DNA of 64,000 nucleotides from positions 4,982 through 68,981 of IMG/VR virus record IMGVR_UViG_3300024235_000344, one strand, 5' to 3'. The position numbers were made by a program, and so were the translations under genes. The notes beneath the pieces were generated by a model. That model searched no databases, was not told the DNA's origin, and was given only the letters and a program-made list of their open reading frames with translations. Of the stretch, positions 39,139-48,461 are shown one piece after another (the first letter of the stretch is position 1; each line of letters starts with the position of its first letter). The DNA is from a virus (lineage: Duplodnaviria; Caudoviricetes).

Positions 39139-39176
39139 ATACCTCGTCTTTGACTTTTTTGTTAGAGACGAGGTAT
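39139..39176 (+). terminator. Stem-loop, probable terminator
   Basis: ATACCTCGTCT...AGACGAGGTAT inverted repeat in the intergenic gap. Confidence 0.6.
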
Positions 39177-39183
39177 TTCCTTC

Positions 39184-39211
39184 TTGATATACCCTAAACA
39201 TATACTATAAT
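39184..39211 (+). promoter_or_regulatory. sigma70-like promoter TTGATA-N16-TATAAT
   Basis: 7 nt before uvsX ATG. Confidence 0.65.
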
Positions 39212-39218
39212 TAGGTAT

Positions 39219-40355
39219 ATGAGTAAAGAAACAGATGAAATTCTATCCGTAATTGATAAAACAAACCCATATGCATCATTCTTAAATGATAGTGCACTTA
39301 GTAATGTAGATGGCTGGTTAGATACCGGGTCGATGGTACTTAACGGTATTGTTTCTGGTTCGTTATTTGGAGGTATTCCAAAAAATAGAATGACTCTTTT
39401 AGCAGGGCCGAGTATGACAGGTAAGTCATTTATCTTACAGAAAATTTTAGCGAATGCTCAGAAGGAAGGTTTAATTCCTGTTATCTTTGATAGTGAGAAC
39501 GCTATTGATAAAGATGGTGCTGCAGCTCTAGGGTTAGATGTTAGTAAGGTAAAATATGTACCAGTATTTAGTATTGAAGAATGTCGTAATACAATTTATG
39601 ATTTCTTAATGAAGGTTAAAGAAAAGGGGCAAGAAGGTAAATTTATTATTGCGATTGACTCTTTAGGTAATATGGAGAGTCAGTTGCAGATCGGTCGTAT
39701 GACTAAGAATAATGTAAGTGCTGATATGGGTAGTAGAGCTAAAGCAATGAAAACTCTTCTTAGAACTTGTACTCAATTATCTGGTTTAACTAAGACAACT
39801 ATTCTAGCTACGAATCATATCTACGAAGATCCAGCTGCAATGTTTCCGACACTTGTAAAAGCAATGCCTGGTGGTACTGCAGCAGTCTATCTACCGTCTG
39901 TTACTATTCAATTAGCTCGTAAGCCAGTTAAGGAAGATAAGAATACAGATGGTAAGCTAGCAGCATTACAGAAGAATTATTCTGGTGTTATTCTAAGAGC
40001 ATTAACAGTTAAAAATCGTTTCATCAAACAATACTTACAAGGTGAGATGTATCTTTCATTCGAGAGAGGGTTAAACAAATATTACGGTCTACTAGACTTA
40101 GCAGTAGGTTTAGGAGCAGTGATTCAATCAGGAGCAACTTACCAGTTACCAGATGGTACTAAGCTCGGTTATTATTCAAAGTGGAAAGATGATAGAGAAC
40201 TTTGGGATAATACTATTGTACCGGTTATTGAAGAGAAGATTAAAAGCGAATGGAAGTATGGTAATAAAATTACAGATGATGATGTAGAAGAAATTCCAGA
40301 TGAAGTTATCGAACCTCAATCAGAAGAAGTATTAATTAATGAAGATGCAAAATAA
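39219..40355 (+). CDS. uvsX: RecA-like recombinase UvsX
   Basis: 'LDTGS..LN', 'GPSMTGKS', 'FDSENA', 'IDSLG', 'ATNHIY', 'GG'. Confidence 0.92.
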   Translation: MSKETDEILSVIDKTNPYASFLNDSALSNVDGWLDTGSMVLNGIVSGSLFGGIPKNRMTLLAGPSMTGKSFILQKILANAQKEGLIPVIFDSENAIDKDGAAALGLDVSKVKYVPVFSIEECRNTIYDFLMKVKEKGQEGKFIIAIDSLGNMESQLQIGRMTKNNVSADMGSRAKAMKTLLRTCTQLSGLTKTTILATNHIYEDPAAMFPTLVKAMPGGTAAVYLPSVTIQLARKPVKEDKNTDGKLAALQKNYSGVILRALTVKNRFIKQYLQGEMYLSFERGLNKYYGLLDLAVGLGAVIQSGATYQLPDGTKLGYYSKWKDDRELWDNTIVPVIEEKIKSEWKYGNKITDDDVEEIPDEVIEPQSEEVLINEDAK

Positions 40356-41088
40356 AAAAGTTATAGTTACATTATCTGGAGGCGCTGATTCAGCAGTACT
40401 GTTGTATAAAGCTGCAGAATTGTTTAGAGAAGTTCATACGGTTACATTTGATTACGGTCAACGACATGATAGGGAGTTAGTAGCTGCTAAGAAGCAATTA
40501 TTAAACGCTAAGCATGATTTTCCAAACGTTACATTTACTAATAAATTATTAGATGTAAAGTATATTAAGGATATTGCCCCTACTTCATCTCTTACAAATG
40601 ATGATATTGATACACCTAATGTAAAAGATATTATAGGTGAGGCTCAACCGAAGAGTTATGTACCATTCCGTAATTTAATGTTTATAAGTATACTAGCATC
40701 TTATGCAGAAGCAGTAAAAGCATCAGAGATCTGGTATGGAGCTGCTGAAGCAGATAGTTTAGCTGGTTACTGGGATTCGTCAAATGAGTTTATTGATACA
40801 TTTAATAATCTTGCAGCGTTAAATCGCGAGACTGTTATTAAGCTGGTTGCACCTTTAGTAAGGATGTCTAAGAAAGATATTGTATTAGACGGCGTTTCTC
40901 TAGGGGTCAACTTCGAAGATACATATACTTGTTACTCTGGCGAATACCCTTGTGATGCTGAGTCTGCTAGCAGCAGCTTACGTTTAAAAGGCTTTATAGA
41001 TGCCAAGTTAAGAGATCCTCTTTTATATACGCAACAAGATAAATTAGATGCTGTATATGATAAGAATGGATGTAAAGCTATTTGTTAA
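40345..41088 (+). CDS. queC: 7-cyano-7-deazaguanine synthase (variant C-terminal Zn motif)
   Basis: 'LSGGADS', 'FDYGQRH', 'YVPFRNLMF', 'GYWD', 'APL..MSK', 'YTCY'; start set to 40345. Confidence 0.9.
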   Translation: MQNKKVIVTLSGGADSAVLLYKAAELFREVHTVTFDYGQRHDRELVAAKKQLLNAKHDFPNVTFTNKLLDVKYIKDIAPTSSLTNDDIDTPNVKDIIGEAQPKSYVPFRNLMFISILASYAEAVKASEIWYGAAEADSLAGYWDSSNEFIDTFNNLAALNRETVIKLVAPLVRMSKKDIVLDGVSLGVNFEDTYTCYSGEYPCDAESASSSLRLKGFIDAKLRDPLLYTQQDKLDAVYDKNGCKAIC

Positions 41089-41392
41089 TATACTCGAATA
41101 ACTCAGGGTTATGATACGCTATATGCTGTCTCATAACCTTATGAGTTTTAGGGTTACTCAAAGCTTTAACCATAAACATCTCTATCACATCACCACTCTT
41201 ACCAGGTAATAGTCTTGTAGCGTAATCTTTAAGAGCTTGTAATTGTTTTGTATTATAATCTTTTAAATCTCCAACGAGAGCTATATCATCATACTTATCG
41301 TCAGATATATCAGCATCTAAATCAAAATCTTTATATTTTTGAAAGTCCGCTGCAGCTACCATTTCTAGTAACTGATTAAATTTAGCAATCAT
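41078..41392 (-). CDS. Hypothetical late protein
   Basis: 104-aa ORF following 41411..42718. Confidence 0.6.
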   Translation of the reverse strand: MIAKFNQLLEMVAAADFQKYKDFDLDADISDDKYDDIALVGDLKDYNTKQLQALKDYATRLLPGKSGDVIEMFMVKALSNPKTHKVMRQHIAYHNPELFEYINK

Positions 41393-41410
41393 TATAATTA
41401 CAAAGCTAAA

Positions 41411-42718
41411 TTATCTACGACTTAATCCTCTAGCTAAACCACGCGCTAATCTATTATTACCGCGAGATGGTCTCCAACCTCCACGACCTTGACTGTCAAG
41501 TTTAGCAAACGGGTCATCTTCAATAGGAATTTTGTTACCACCAGGGCTTAACCTTGGATTTTGTCTTATTTGATCTAATGAAGCGTCTTGAGCTTGAGCA
41601 AGTTCTTTTGCACGTTCAGCTTGGTCTGCACCCATTTGAGTTGTTTTCTGAACTGCATCGGCATTAGCTGCTAAATCTTTAGCATCTGCCATAGCTTGCA
41701 ATTTATTAGTAACAGCACCTGTAACTCCTCCGACTGCACCACCTACTGCAGCACCAGCTAAACCTTTTGTTAGAGCTTTTTTACCAGCAGTTTTTGCAAC
41801 CTGCTTAAATCTATCCATTCCAGATAATTCACCTTTTGTATCTTTCATACCTTGGATAGTACCAGTAACAGCTCCTGTAGCTGCTCCTATACCACCACCT
41901 TTTAATGCGCCAGCTAAGATTGCTGGCGCTATAGCTGGTGCAGCTACTGCAACCATCCCTAAAATTGCTAACGCTCCCGCAGATGTTTTAATTGGATTTG
42001 CTTTCACCCAATTCCATGTCTTTTTGATAAACCCTTCACCACCTTGTTGTGGTTGAGCTGTACTTACATTACCTTTAGTAAAGCCATTGAAGTTATCTGC
42101 ATTGCTCTTACTAGTATCCCAATTAACAATTTTAGCTTTATCAGGGTTTTGACTGAAATACTGAGCTATACCACCTGCAGCTCGAGCTGCAACACGAAAT
42201 TCATCTCTATTTTTAAAACCTAGACCTTTTGCAATATCAGCTTCACCATCCTCTTCAGCATATCTTTCGATAATTAAATTTGCTTTATTTTCTGAAACTA
42301 TACCTTCATTAAAGACGATTTGCGAAAATATATGGTAATTAGTAAAATATTCACTACTTTCATTTGTCGTTCCTATACTTTGTTTAATTTTTTCTTGTTC
42401 TTGATTACCTTGAGCTAAAATTGCATCTGTTGCAGCTTTATCACCTTGAGCAGCTTGAAGTTTTTTTAATGTTTCGGGGTCATTCTTAGCTAAAAACTTC
42501 AATGCATTATCAATTACCGGTTGTAGTAATTTTTGAGTTGCAAAATCTTTAACACCTTTACCAGCTTGAACAGCTTTCTGCTTAAACTTATCAAAAATCC
42601 CTTCACTGATAAGGAATTTCTCAAATTCCTTTAAATCATTTTCTAATAGTTGCTGATATTTTGCAGGATGAATTTTAGTTTTATAATTCTCGAAAATTAA
42701 ATTTATATCAGTATTCAT
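41411..42718 (-). CDS. Late protein with glycine-zipper hydrophobic segments (candidate ejected/membrane protein)
   Basis: 'DINLIFENY' N-terminus; 'ALAILGMVAVAAPAIAPAILAGALKGGGIGAATGAVTG', 'GLAGAAVGGAVGGVTGAV'. Confidence 0.55.
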   Translation of the reverse strand: MNTDINLIFENYKTKIHPAKYQQLLENDLKEFEKFLISEGIFDKFKQKAVQAGKGVKDFATQKLLQPVIDNALKFLAKNDPETLKKLQAAQGDKAATDAILAQGNQEQEKIKQSIGTTNESSEYFTNYHIFSQIVFNEGIVSENKANLIIERYAEEDGEADIAKGLGFKNRDEFRVAARAAGGIAQYFSQNPDKAKIVNWDTSKSNADNFNGFTKGNVSTAQPQQGGEGFIKKTWNWVKANPIKTSAGALAILGMVAVAAPAIAPAILAGALKGGGIGAATGAVTGTIQGMKDTKGELSGMDRFKQVAKTAGKKALTKGLAGAAVGGAVGGVTGAVTNKLQAMADAKDLAANADAVQKTTQMGADQAERAKELAQAQDASLDQIRQNPRLSPGGNKIPIEDDPFAKLDSQGRGGWRPSRGNNRLARGLARGLSRR

Positions 42719-42731
42719 AATAATTATTTAT

Positions 42732-44030
42732 TTAAAAGCCGTGTGTATGACGTCTTTGTTGTGCATAAAGATTCTGAACTCTCTGTCTTTCTTGAACAGC
42801 AAAGTTTTGATTAATTTGTTGCTGTGATATTCTTACCTCTTCAGCTTCTTCTCTCTTTTCAACAGGAGCTTTTGACATATATTGACTAGTTGAATTCTCT
42901 TCATCCTCACCACCTTCTCTTTTTCTAAAATAGAACTTTTGAAGTGTATTATATCCCCATTCATTAGGGTTAAAGTTTTCAAAGTTTTGAACTTCTTCAA
43001 ACTCTTCAGGTGATAAAATAGATAGCTCTTCTAAAGGTGTATTTTCAATATTAGATTCTTCATTTTCTGAACTCGCAGTAAAGTCTAATCTACTAAGAGG
43101 TACTTTTAATTCGCGGCCATCTTCATCCTGAACAAAAACAAACTTATCACCGTCATGGTCAATTACCATTACTGGTCGGTTGTAGTCTAATATAGCTTCC
43201 TTACCTACAAGACTTTCTTCTTGCTCATGCTCTTCATCTTCCTTCTGAGCTTGCATGTCTCCAAGATTTGTTTCAATAACATCTATTGTATCTAGAAGGT
43301 ACTGATAGATAACACTATATTCTTCAAAATCAGCAATATAATTTAAGAATCTTTCAAATTCAGCTAAGGTATTAATCTTTGTAACTGCAGTGGCTACATT
43401 GTCAAGTGCTTCTTGATTAACATTCTCTTTTCCGAGCTGAGCAATAACACTACCCACTGCAGTCTTAAGTAATAGCTTCTCATCTGATACATCATCACCA
43501 GCATCAAAAGCAGCTTCCTTCTTCTTAATTGCATCTGTAGTAGCATCAGCAATTTCTTGAGCTGTTAATTTACTATAATCTTTCTTAATACCACCTGTTT
43601 GAGCAGCTGCAGCTGCTGTTTGTCTTACACCTTTACCTTGCCTCATTGTAGCAGCAGTGTTTAAAAATTGTGAAACTCTATCTAGACCACCTGGTACTTC
43701 TTCTCTTGAATATTCATCAAACTCTGGACCGAACTTATCTAATAACTCAGGTCTTTCCATTGCAATTTGACCAACTAACGCATTAACATCTTTTCCTGCG
43801 GGTTTGCGGGTTTCAAAACCTGCTGGAATTAAGTCTGGATATTTGTCTTGTAAGAACCTGAAGAAAAATACTCGAGCATCTCTATAAGGTACTCCAATAT
43901 TAAGCTTTTTCATCTTATTCATAACAGGTTTCAATGTTTTTGAAATGCTTTCGTTAATAAGATCTGCAGAAAAGTAGTTCTGCGTATTTTCATTAATAAG
44001 TTGCTTTGTATTCCAGGAAATAAAATTCAT
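42732..44030 (-). CDS. Hypothetical acidic late protein
   Basis: TAAATA-N5-ATG; 432 aa. Confidence 0.65.
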   Translation of the reverse strand: MNFISWNTKQLINENTQNYFSADLINESISKTLKPVMNKMKKLNIGVPYRDARVFFFRFLQDKYPDLIPAGFETRKPAGKDVNALVGQIAMERPELLDKFGPEFDEYSREEVPGGLDRVSQFLNTAATMRQGKGVRQTAAAAAQTGGIKKDYSKLTAQEIADATTDAIKKKEAAFDAGDDVSDEKLLLKTAVGSVIAQLGKENVNQEALDNVATAVTKINTLAEFERFLNYIADFEEYSVIYQYLLDTIDVIETNLGDMQAQKEDEEHEQEESLVGKEAILDYNRPVMVIDHDGDKFVFVQDEDGRELKVPLSRLDFTASSENEESNIENTPLEELSILSPEEFEEVQNFENFNPNEWGYNTLQKFYFRKREGGEDEENSTSQYMSKAPVEKREEAEEVRISQQQINQNFAVQERQRVQNLYAQQRRHTHGF

Positions 44031-44041
44031 AATAATATTTA

Positions 44042-44069
44042 TTGATTATTGCTATATTTCTACTATAAT
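44042..44069 (+). promoter_or_regulatory. sigma70-like promoter TTGATT-N16-TATAAT
   Basis: 8 nt before the GATase ATG. Confidence 0.65.
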
Positions 44070-44077
44070 ATCATTAT

Positions 44078-44755
44078 ATGTGCGGTATTTATCTAAGTTC
44101 TAATCTCTCAACGTTTGAGGTACTCGAGGAAGCTAATAAAAAGAGGGGTAATTTCTCTACTGGTATATTTCATGCGTATAGATCATCTAATTATGATATT
44201 AAAAAGTATGAAGGTGGTATTAATTGGAATGATGTTAAATTACCACAAGGAGATGTAGGTGATTTTATTTATCTCGGGCATAACCAAGCACCGACAAGTT
44301 CTGCTAGAGAATGGAAAGAAAATACATCGCATCCATTTAGATCCGGAGACTGGATAGTAGCTCACAACGGAGTTCTAACTAATTATGAGGAGCTAATTGA
44401 TGAATACTTACCGGATCATGATAACCCTGTTGATAGTAGTGTAATACCGGCTTTATTAGATGAATTTGAATATAATCTCGGACCGTGTGAAGATTCAGAT
44501 ACTGAAATACAAAATATTTTATATACAATCGAAAAATTAAAAGGTACATTTGCTATATGGATTGTGAATATCAAAACAATGAACGTTTATATAGCAAGGC
44601 AAGGTAGTACGTTGTTTTATAAGGATGATAATGTATCATCTATTAAAGGTAACGGATATAAAGAAATAAAGGAAGGTATATTATACGGTTATACCGTTGA
44701 AGGTCTAGTAGAACTAGATACATTTATACACGATTCACCATTTTTAACATTATGA
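44078..44755 (+). CDS. Class II (Ntn) glutamine amidotransferase
   Basis: N-terminal 'MCGI', 'RGNFSTG', 'LGHNQAPT', 'HPF', 'AHNGV', 'VDS', 'GTFA'. Confidence 0.85.
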   Translation: MCGIYLSSNLSTFEVLEEANKKRGNFSTGIFHAYRSSNYDIKKYEGGINWNDVKLPQGDVGDFIYLGHNQAPTSSAREWKENTSHPFRSGDWIVAHNGVLTNYEELIDEYLPDHDNPVDSSVIPALLDEFEYNLGPCEDSDTEIQNILYTIEKLKGTFAIWIVNIKTMNVYIARQGSTLFYKDDNVSSIKGNGYKEIKEGILYGYTVEGLVELDTFIHDSPFLTL

Positions 44756-45225
44756 GTTTAAATTACATAACAAATACTAAAATAACTGAACTTGATAAAC
44801 TAAACTTTATTAAGTTTGTATATGATAATACAGATTCATTTATTATGAATACATTCGGACATGTATGGTCAGGTAGAAATTGGTGGAAAAAGTTTCCTAT
44901 TGAAGTTTGTATTGACGATGCCGGTACTATTATAGGTTTACATGCATATAGTGTAAATGATAAATTTCCTAAAACTTTAAAGACATACTTTATCGTAACT
45001 AGTAAAGAAGCACGAGGTAAAGGTGTAGCTAAGACGTTAGTACGAAATGCAATTTCTAAGCATAAAGATGATATTGAATTTTACTATGTTAATTCAGATA
45101 TTAGAAGTGATGGTTGTGCTTTCTATAAAAAGTGGTTAGGTAAAAAATTTGAAATTACTTCTAACGATTTTGAATCACAAGATATCACATTTAAGGAACC
45201 TATTTATAATATTATTAATGGATGA
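44752..45225 (+). CDS. GNAT acetyltransferase
   Basis: 'IVTSKEARGKGVAKTLV' acyl-CoA motif; 'AFYKK'. Confidence 0.75.
   Translation: MSLNYITNTKITELDKLNFIKFVYDNTDSFIMNTFGHVWSGRNWWKKFPIEVCIDDAGTIIGLHAYSVNDKFPKTLKTYFIVTSKEARGKGVAKTLVRNAISKHKDDIEFYYVNSDIRSDGCAFYKKWLGKKFEITSNDFESQDITFKEPIYNIING
45195..45210 (+). promoter_or_regulatory. GGAAC-N5-TATAAT promoter motif (inside GNAT 3' end)
   Basis: GGAAC CTATT TATAAT, 7 nt before ATG 45218. Confidence 0.55.
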
Positions 45226-45556
45226 TCTAAAAACAACTGGGAAACCTCGTCAGTTTGAAACTGGTGCACAACGTGATAACGGTGATGGTAAATTGCGTAT
45301 GAGCTTAGTGCCACATAAAGCTTTAGAGTCAGTTATGATGAGATACTTACAAGGTGCTGAAGCGTATGGTGAAAATAACTGGCGTAAAGGTATGAAGCAT
45401 TCTATATTATATGATAGTACAATGAGACATTTAATGCAAGACTTTAAAGGTGATGTAAGTGAAGATCATCTCGGAGCAGTATTATGGAATGTAATGGGAA
45501 TGATTTGGAATAGAGATAATAAACCAGAACTAGATGACCGTAAAGACTATGAATAA
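45218..45556 (+). CDS. dATP/dGTP diphosphohydrolase-like protein (DUF5664 family)
   Basis: 'FETGAQRD..DGKLRMSLVP', 'GAEAYGENNWRKG', 'STMRH', 'EDHLGAVLWN'. Confidence 0.85.
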   Translation: MDDLKTTGKPRQFETGAQRDNGDGKLRMSLVPHKALESVMMRYLQGAEAYGENNWRKGMKHSILYDSTMRHLMQDFKGDVSEDHLGAVLWNVMGMIWNRDNKPELDDRKDYE

Positions 45557-46226
45557 TATAAAAATATACACAGCAACTAAAGGTAAAAAAGAAGATACAT
45601 CCATTTTTAAATCCTTAAATGTAACTTTAGCGGATTACGGTCCTATAATGCCATTTGATGTACATTATGAAGAGAAAAATACTAAAAGCTTACAAAAACT
45701 TTATAACAGTTTCCTGGTCGATGCTAGACTCAACAATATTGATATTGCTGTTTTTGTGCATGACGATGTATATGTTAATACGAGGGATTTACGAACTCGT
45801 TTACTGGATAGTGCGAGACATTACACTGTGTTTGGGCTTGCTGGTGCTACTTCTTGTAAAATCGGTAGCCCGGCTTTATGGCATCTTATGTCGAAGAGGG
45901 AAGATCAGAGAGGTTGTGTAGCTCATGGTAATGAAAAGTCTTATATGTATACTTCTTTTGGCCCTGTACCGAGTAGATGCTTAGTGATAGACGGTGTATT
46001 CATTGGTATTAATATCAAAGAGCTACCTGAAAATGTGAAGTTTGATGAATCATACCCATCTAAGTTTCATTACTATGATTTAGACTTCTCACTTGAATGT
46101 AATAGGAACAGTGTTAAAATAGGTGTTGTGGATATACCTATCATCCATCAGAGTCCTGGTTTAACTAAACCAGATAAAGAGTTTTACAGTGGTCAAGAAT
46201 ATTTTATAAACAAATGGAAGAAATAG
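45549..46226 (+). CDS. GT2-like glycosyltransferase (Glyco_tranf_2_5/StrF-like)
   Basis: 'KSLQKLYN', 'VFVHDDV', 'GLAGA', 'IDGVFIG', 'FDE', 'FHYYDLDFSLE', 'IIHQSPG'. Confidence 0.8.
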   Translation: MNNIKIYTATKGKKEDTSIFKSLNVTLADYGPIMPFDVHYEEKNTKSLQKLYNSFLVDARLNNIDIAVFVHDDVYVNTRDLRTRLLDSARHYTVFGLAGATSCKIGSPALWHLMSKREDQRGCVAHGNEKSYMYTSFGPVPSRCLVIDGVFIGINIKELPENVKFDESYPSKFHYYDLDFSLECNRNSVKIGVVDIPIIHQSPGLTKPDKEFYSGQEYFINKWKK

Positions 46227-47551
46227 AAAGATTAAATTTAGATTATTATGAGCAAGTACTCATATATAAAAGTCTTACTGATGAAAGGTATCTAGCTCAA
46301 ATTATTGATCATGTACAACCTGAATATTTTAACGATAAAAATATTAAAAAAATATTTACGTTAATTAAAACCTTTTATGTAAAGAGACAAACATTACCAT
46401 CTATAACTGAACTTAAATCATACTTAATAAATGATGATTTAAAGCATAGTTTTGCTAACGTAGTTAAGAATTTTAAGGATATTGATAGAGATTTTAATAA
46501 TGATGAACTAGTACATAATACAGAAAGATTTTTAAAAGAAAGAGCAATTTATAATACTATGTTGGCTGTAGCAGAAGATATATCTTCTGGTAAAGTTGAT
46601 ACAAGTTATATTTTAGACTCATTTGAAAAGAGTTGTAATGTTGATCTAAAGAGTGAAATAGGTCTAGACTTGTATGAAGATATTGATATACTAGTTGATG
46701 AGATTAATACCGACCAACCTACAATACCATCAAAGTGGAAATGGTTAGATGATAAGTTGGATGGTGGTTTCTTAGAAAATGGTAGAGCGATATACGTTTT
46801 TGCTGGTGAAACGAATGTTGGTAAGTCTATTTTTCTAGGTAACATTGCATGCAATATTGCAAGTCAAGGTAAAACTGTTTTACTTATATCTTTAGAGATG
46901 TCAGAAATGATGTATGCTAAAAGATTATCTTCAAGTATAACAAATATACCGATGCGAGAAATGAGAAACGATTCTAATACGTTAAAGCATCGTATACAGC
47001 AGCATAGTGTTAATAATCCGAATGATAAAATTATTATTAAAGAGTACCCGCCTAGTACTATAACATCGCAGCAAATTCAAGGATTTGTACGTGAATTACA
47101 TAATAAAGGTATTAAGCCAGATACAATTGTATTAGATTATTTAAATCTGTTAAAGAGTGATATTGGTAATAATTCATATGAAAGAATAAAATATGTTACT
47201 GAAGAGATTAGAGCTTTAAGCTATGTGTTTAATTGTCCTATAATTTCAGCTACTCAATTAAATCGATCTGGTTATGATGAGGAGAATCCTGGATTAGATA
47301 CTATATCTGAATCGATTGGAATGGCAGCAACTGCTGACTGTATTATAAGCGTATTTCAAAACGATGAAGATAAAGAACTTGGTATTGTTCGTTTGGGTAT
47401 GATGAAGAATCGTTTTGGACCTAATTACGGGGTACAAGCCATGCGAATAGATTATAATACATTAACGTTAAGTGAAGATGAAACTATTCAGGATTGCGGT
47501 GATACAGATCTAGGTGGTATATCAAATGCTTTAGGAATGTTGAGTAATTAA
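46214..47551 (+). CDS. 41: Replicative DNA helicase gp41
   Basis: 'GETNVGKS', 'ISLEMSE', 'KEYP', 'LDYLNL', 'SATQLNRSG', 'ISES', 'MKNRFG'. Confidence 0.93.
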   Translation: MEEIERLNLDYYEQVLIYKSLTDERYLAQIIDHVQPEYFNDKNIKKIFTLIKTFYVKRQTLPSITELKSYLINDDLKHSFANVVKNFKDIDRDFNNDELVHNTERFLKERAIYNTMLAVAEDISSGKVDTSYILDSFEKSCNVDLKSEIGLDLYEDIDILVDEINTDQPTIPSKWKWLDDKLDGGFLENGRAIYVFAGETNVGKSIFLGNIACNIASQGKTVLLISLEMSEMMYAKRLSSSITNIPMREMRNDSNTLKHRIQQHSVNNPNDKIIIKEYPPSTITSQQIQGFVRELHNKGIKPDTIVLDYLNLLKSDIGNNSYERIKYVTEEIRALSYVFNCPIISATQLNRSGYDEENPGLDTISESIGMAATADCIISVFQNDEDKELGIVRLGMMKNRFGPNYGVQAMRIDYNTLTLSEDETIQDCGDTDLGGISNALGMLSN

Positions 47552-47573
47552 AAGTGGGAACTAAATAAAGTAA

Positions 47574-48461
47574 ATGCCTAAAATACACGTATTTACTGAC
47601 GCTGACTTAGACGGAGCTGGCTCTTTTTTAGCTTTAAAACTAGCATATAAAAATGCTGATATATCTTATAGTGTAACCACGGAAAAGAATTTTAGAGAAA
47701 ACATATTAAATTGGCAGCTTAAAGATAGCTTTAAAAATTATGATACAGTTTTTATATGTGATTTAAATATAAAAAATGATATAGCTTTAATTGATAGAGA
47801 TAACGTAGTTGTATTTGACCATCATGCAGAACATGTAAACCATTTAGATGAATATGTAAGAGCAAAAGCTATTGTAAAAGAGTATCCATCGTGTACATTA
47901 TTAATGTATCATTCTCTGAAGTTAAAGGAAAAGATAACAGATCATCAAAAGCTTTTAATTAATTTTATTTCTGATTACGATAGCTATGTATTAAAATTTC
48001 CACAAAGTCGATCACTTAATCAAATCTTTTGGAACTATACTGGTGATCGTGTACAGAAATTTTTAATAGATTTCGAAAACGGTTTTTATGGTTTTAATCA
48101 ATACCAAAAAAATGCATTAAAAATTGTTGAAAAAAATATTGAAAACTATTTTAAAACTCAAGCATTATATAAAGGTAACTTAAAAATATCCGGTAAAGAT
48201 TATAATGTAATGGGAGGTTTCTTTTCTTTCAGTCCTAATGAAATTGCAGAAAGAGCTTTACATGAAAATAATGCCGATGTTATTTTATTAATAAATTTAA
48301 AGTCTAAAACAGTTTGTTATAGAAAATCTAAAACATGTGATTTAGATGTTGGTAAATTAGCTGAAAAGTTAGCAGGTGGTGGTGGTCATGAAGCCGCTGC
48401 TGGATCTTTGTTAAATGATACTATAATTAATATTACCAAACTACTACAACCAATATGTTAG
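47574..48461 (+). CDS. DHH/DHHA1 phosphoesterase
   Basis: 'TDADLDG', 'ICDL', 'FDHH', 'GGGGHEAAAG'. Confidence 0.88.
   Translation: MPKIHVFTDADLDGAGSFLALKLAYKNADISYSVTTEKNFRENILNWQLKDSFKNYDTVFICDLNIKNDIALIDRDNVVVFDHHAEHVNHLDEYVRAKAIVKEYPSCTLLMYHSLKLKEKITDHQKLLINFISDYDSYVLKFPQSRSLNQIFWNYTGDRVQKFLIDFENGFYGFNQYQKNALKIVEKNIENYFKTQALYKGNLKISGKDYNVMGGFFSFSPNEIAERALHENNADVILLINLKSKTVCYRKSKTCDLDVGKLAEKLAGGGGHEAAAGSLLNDTIINITKLLQPIC

Noticed and set aside
40345-44755. QatABCD anti-phage system (QueC-like plus GATase)
   Set aside because: No QatA ATPase or TatD partner; folE2, queD and queE in the same genome favour deazaguanine biosynthesis
36152-47551. Inteins or introns in gp43, uvsX and gp41
   Set aside because: Lengths and motif spacing are normal; no Hint motifs seen
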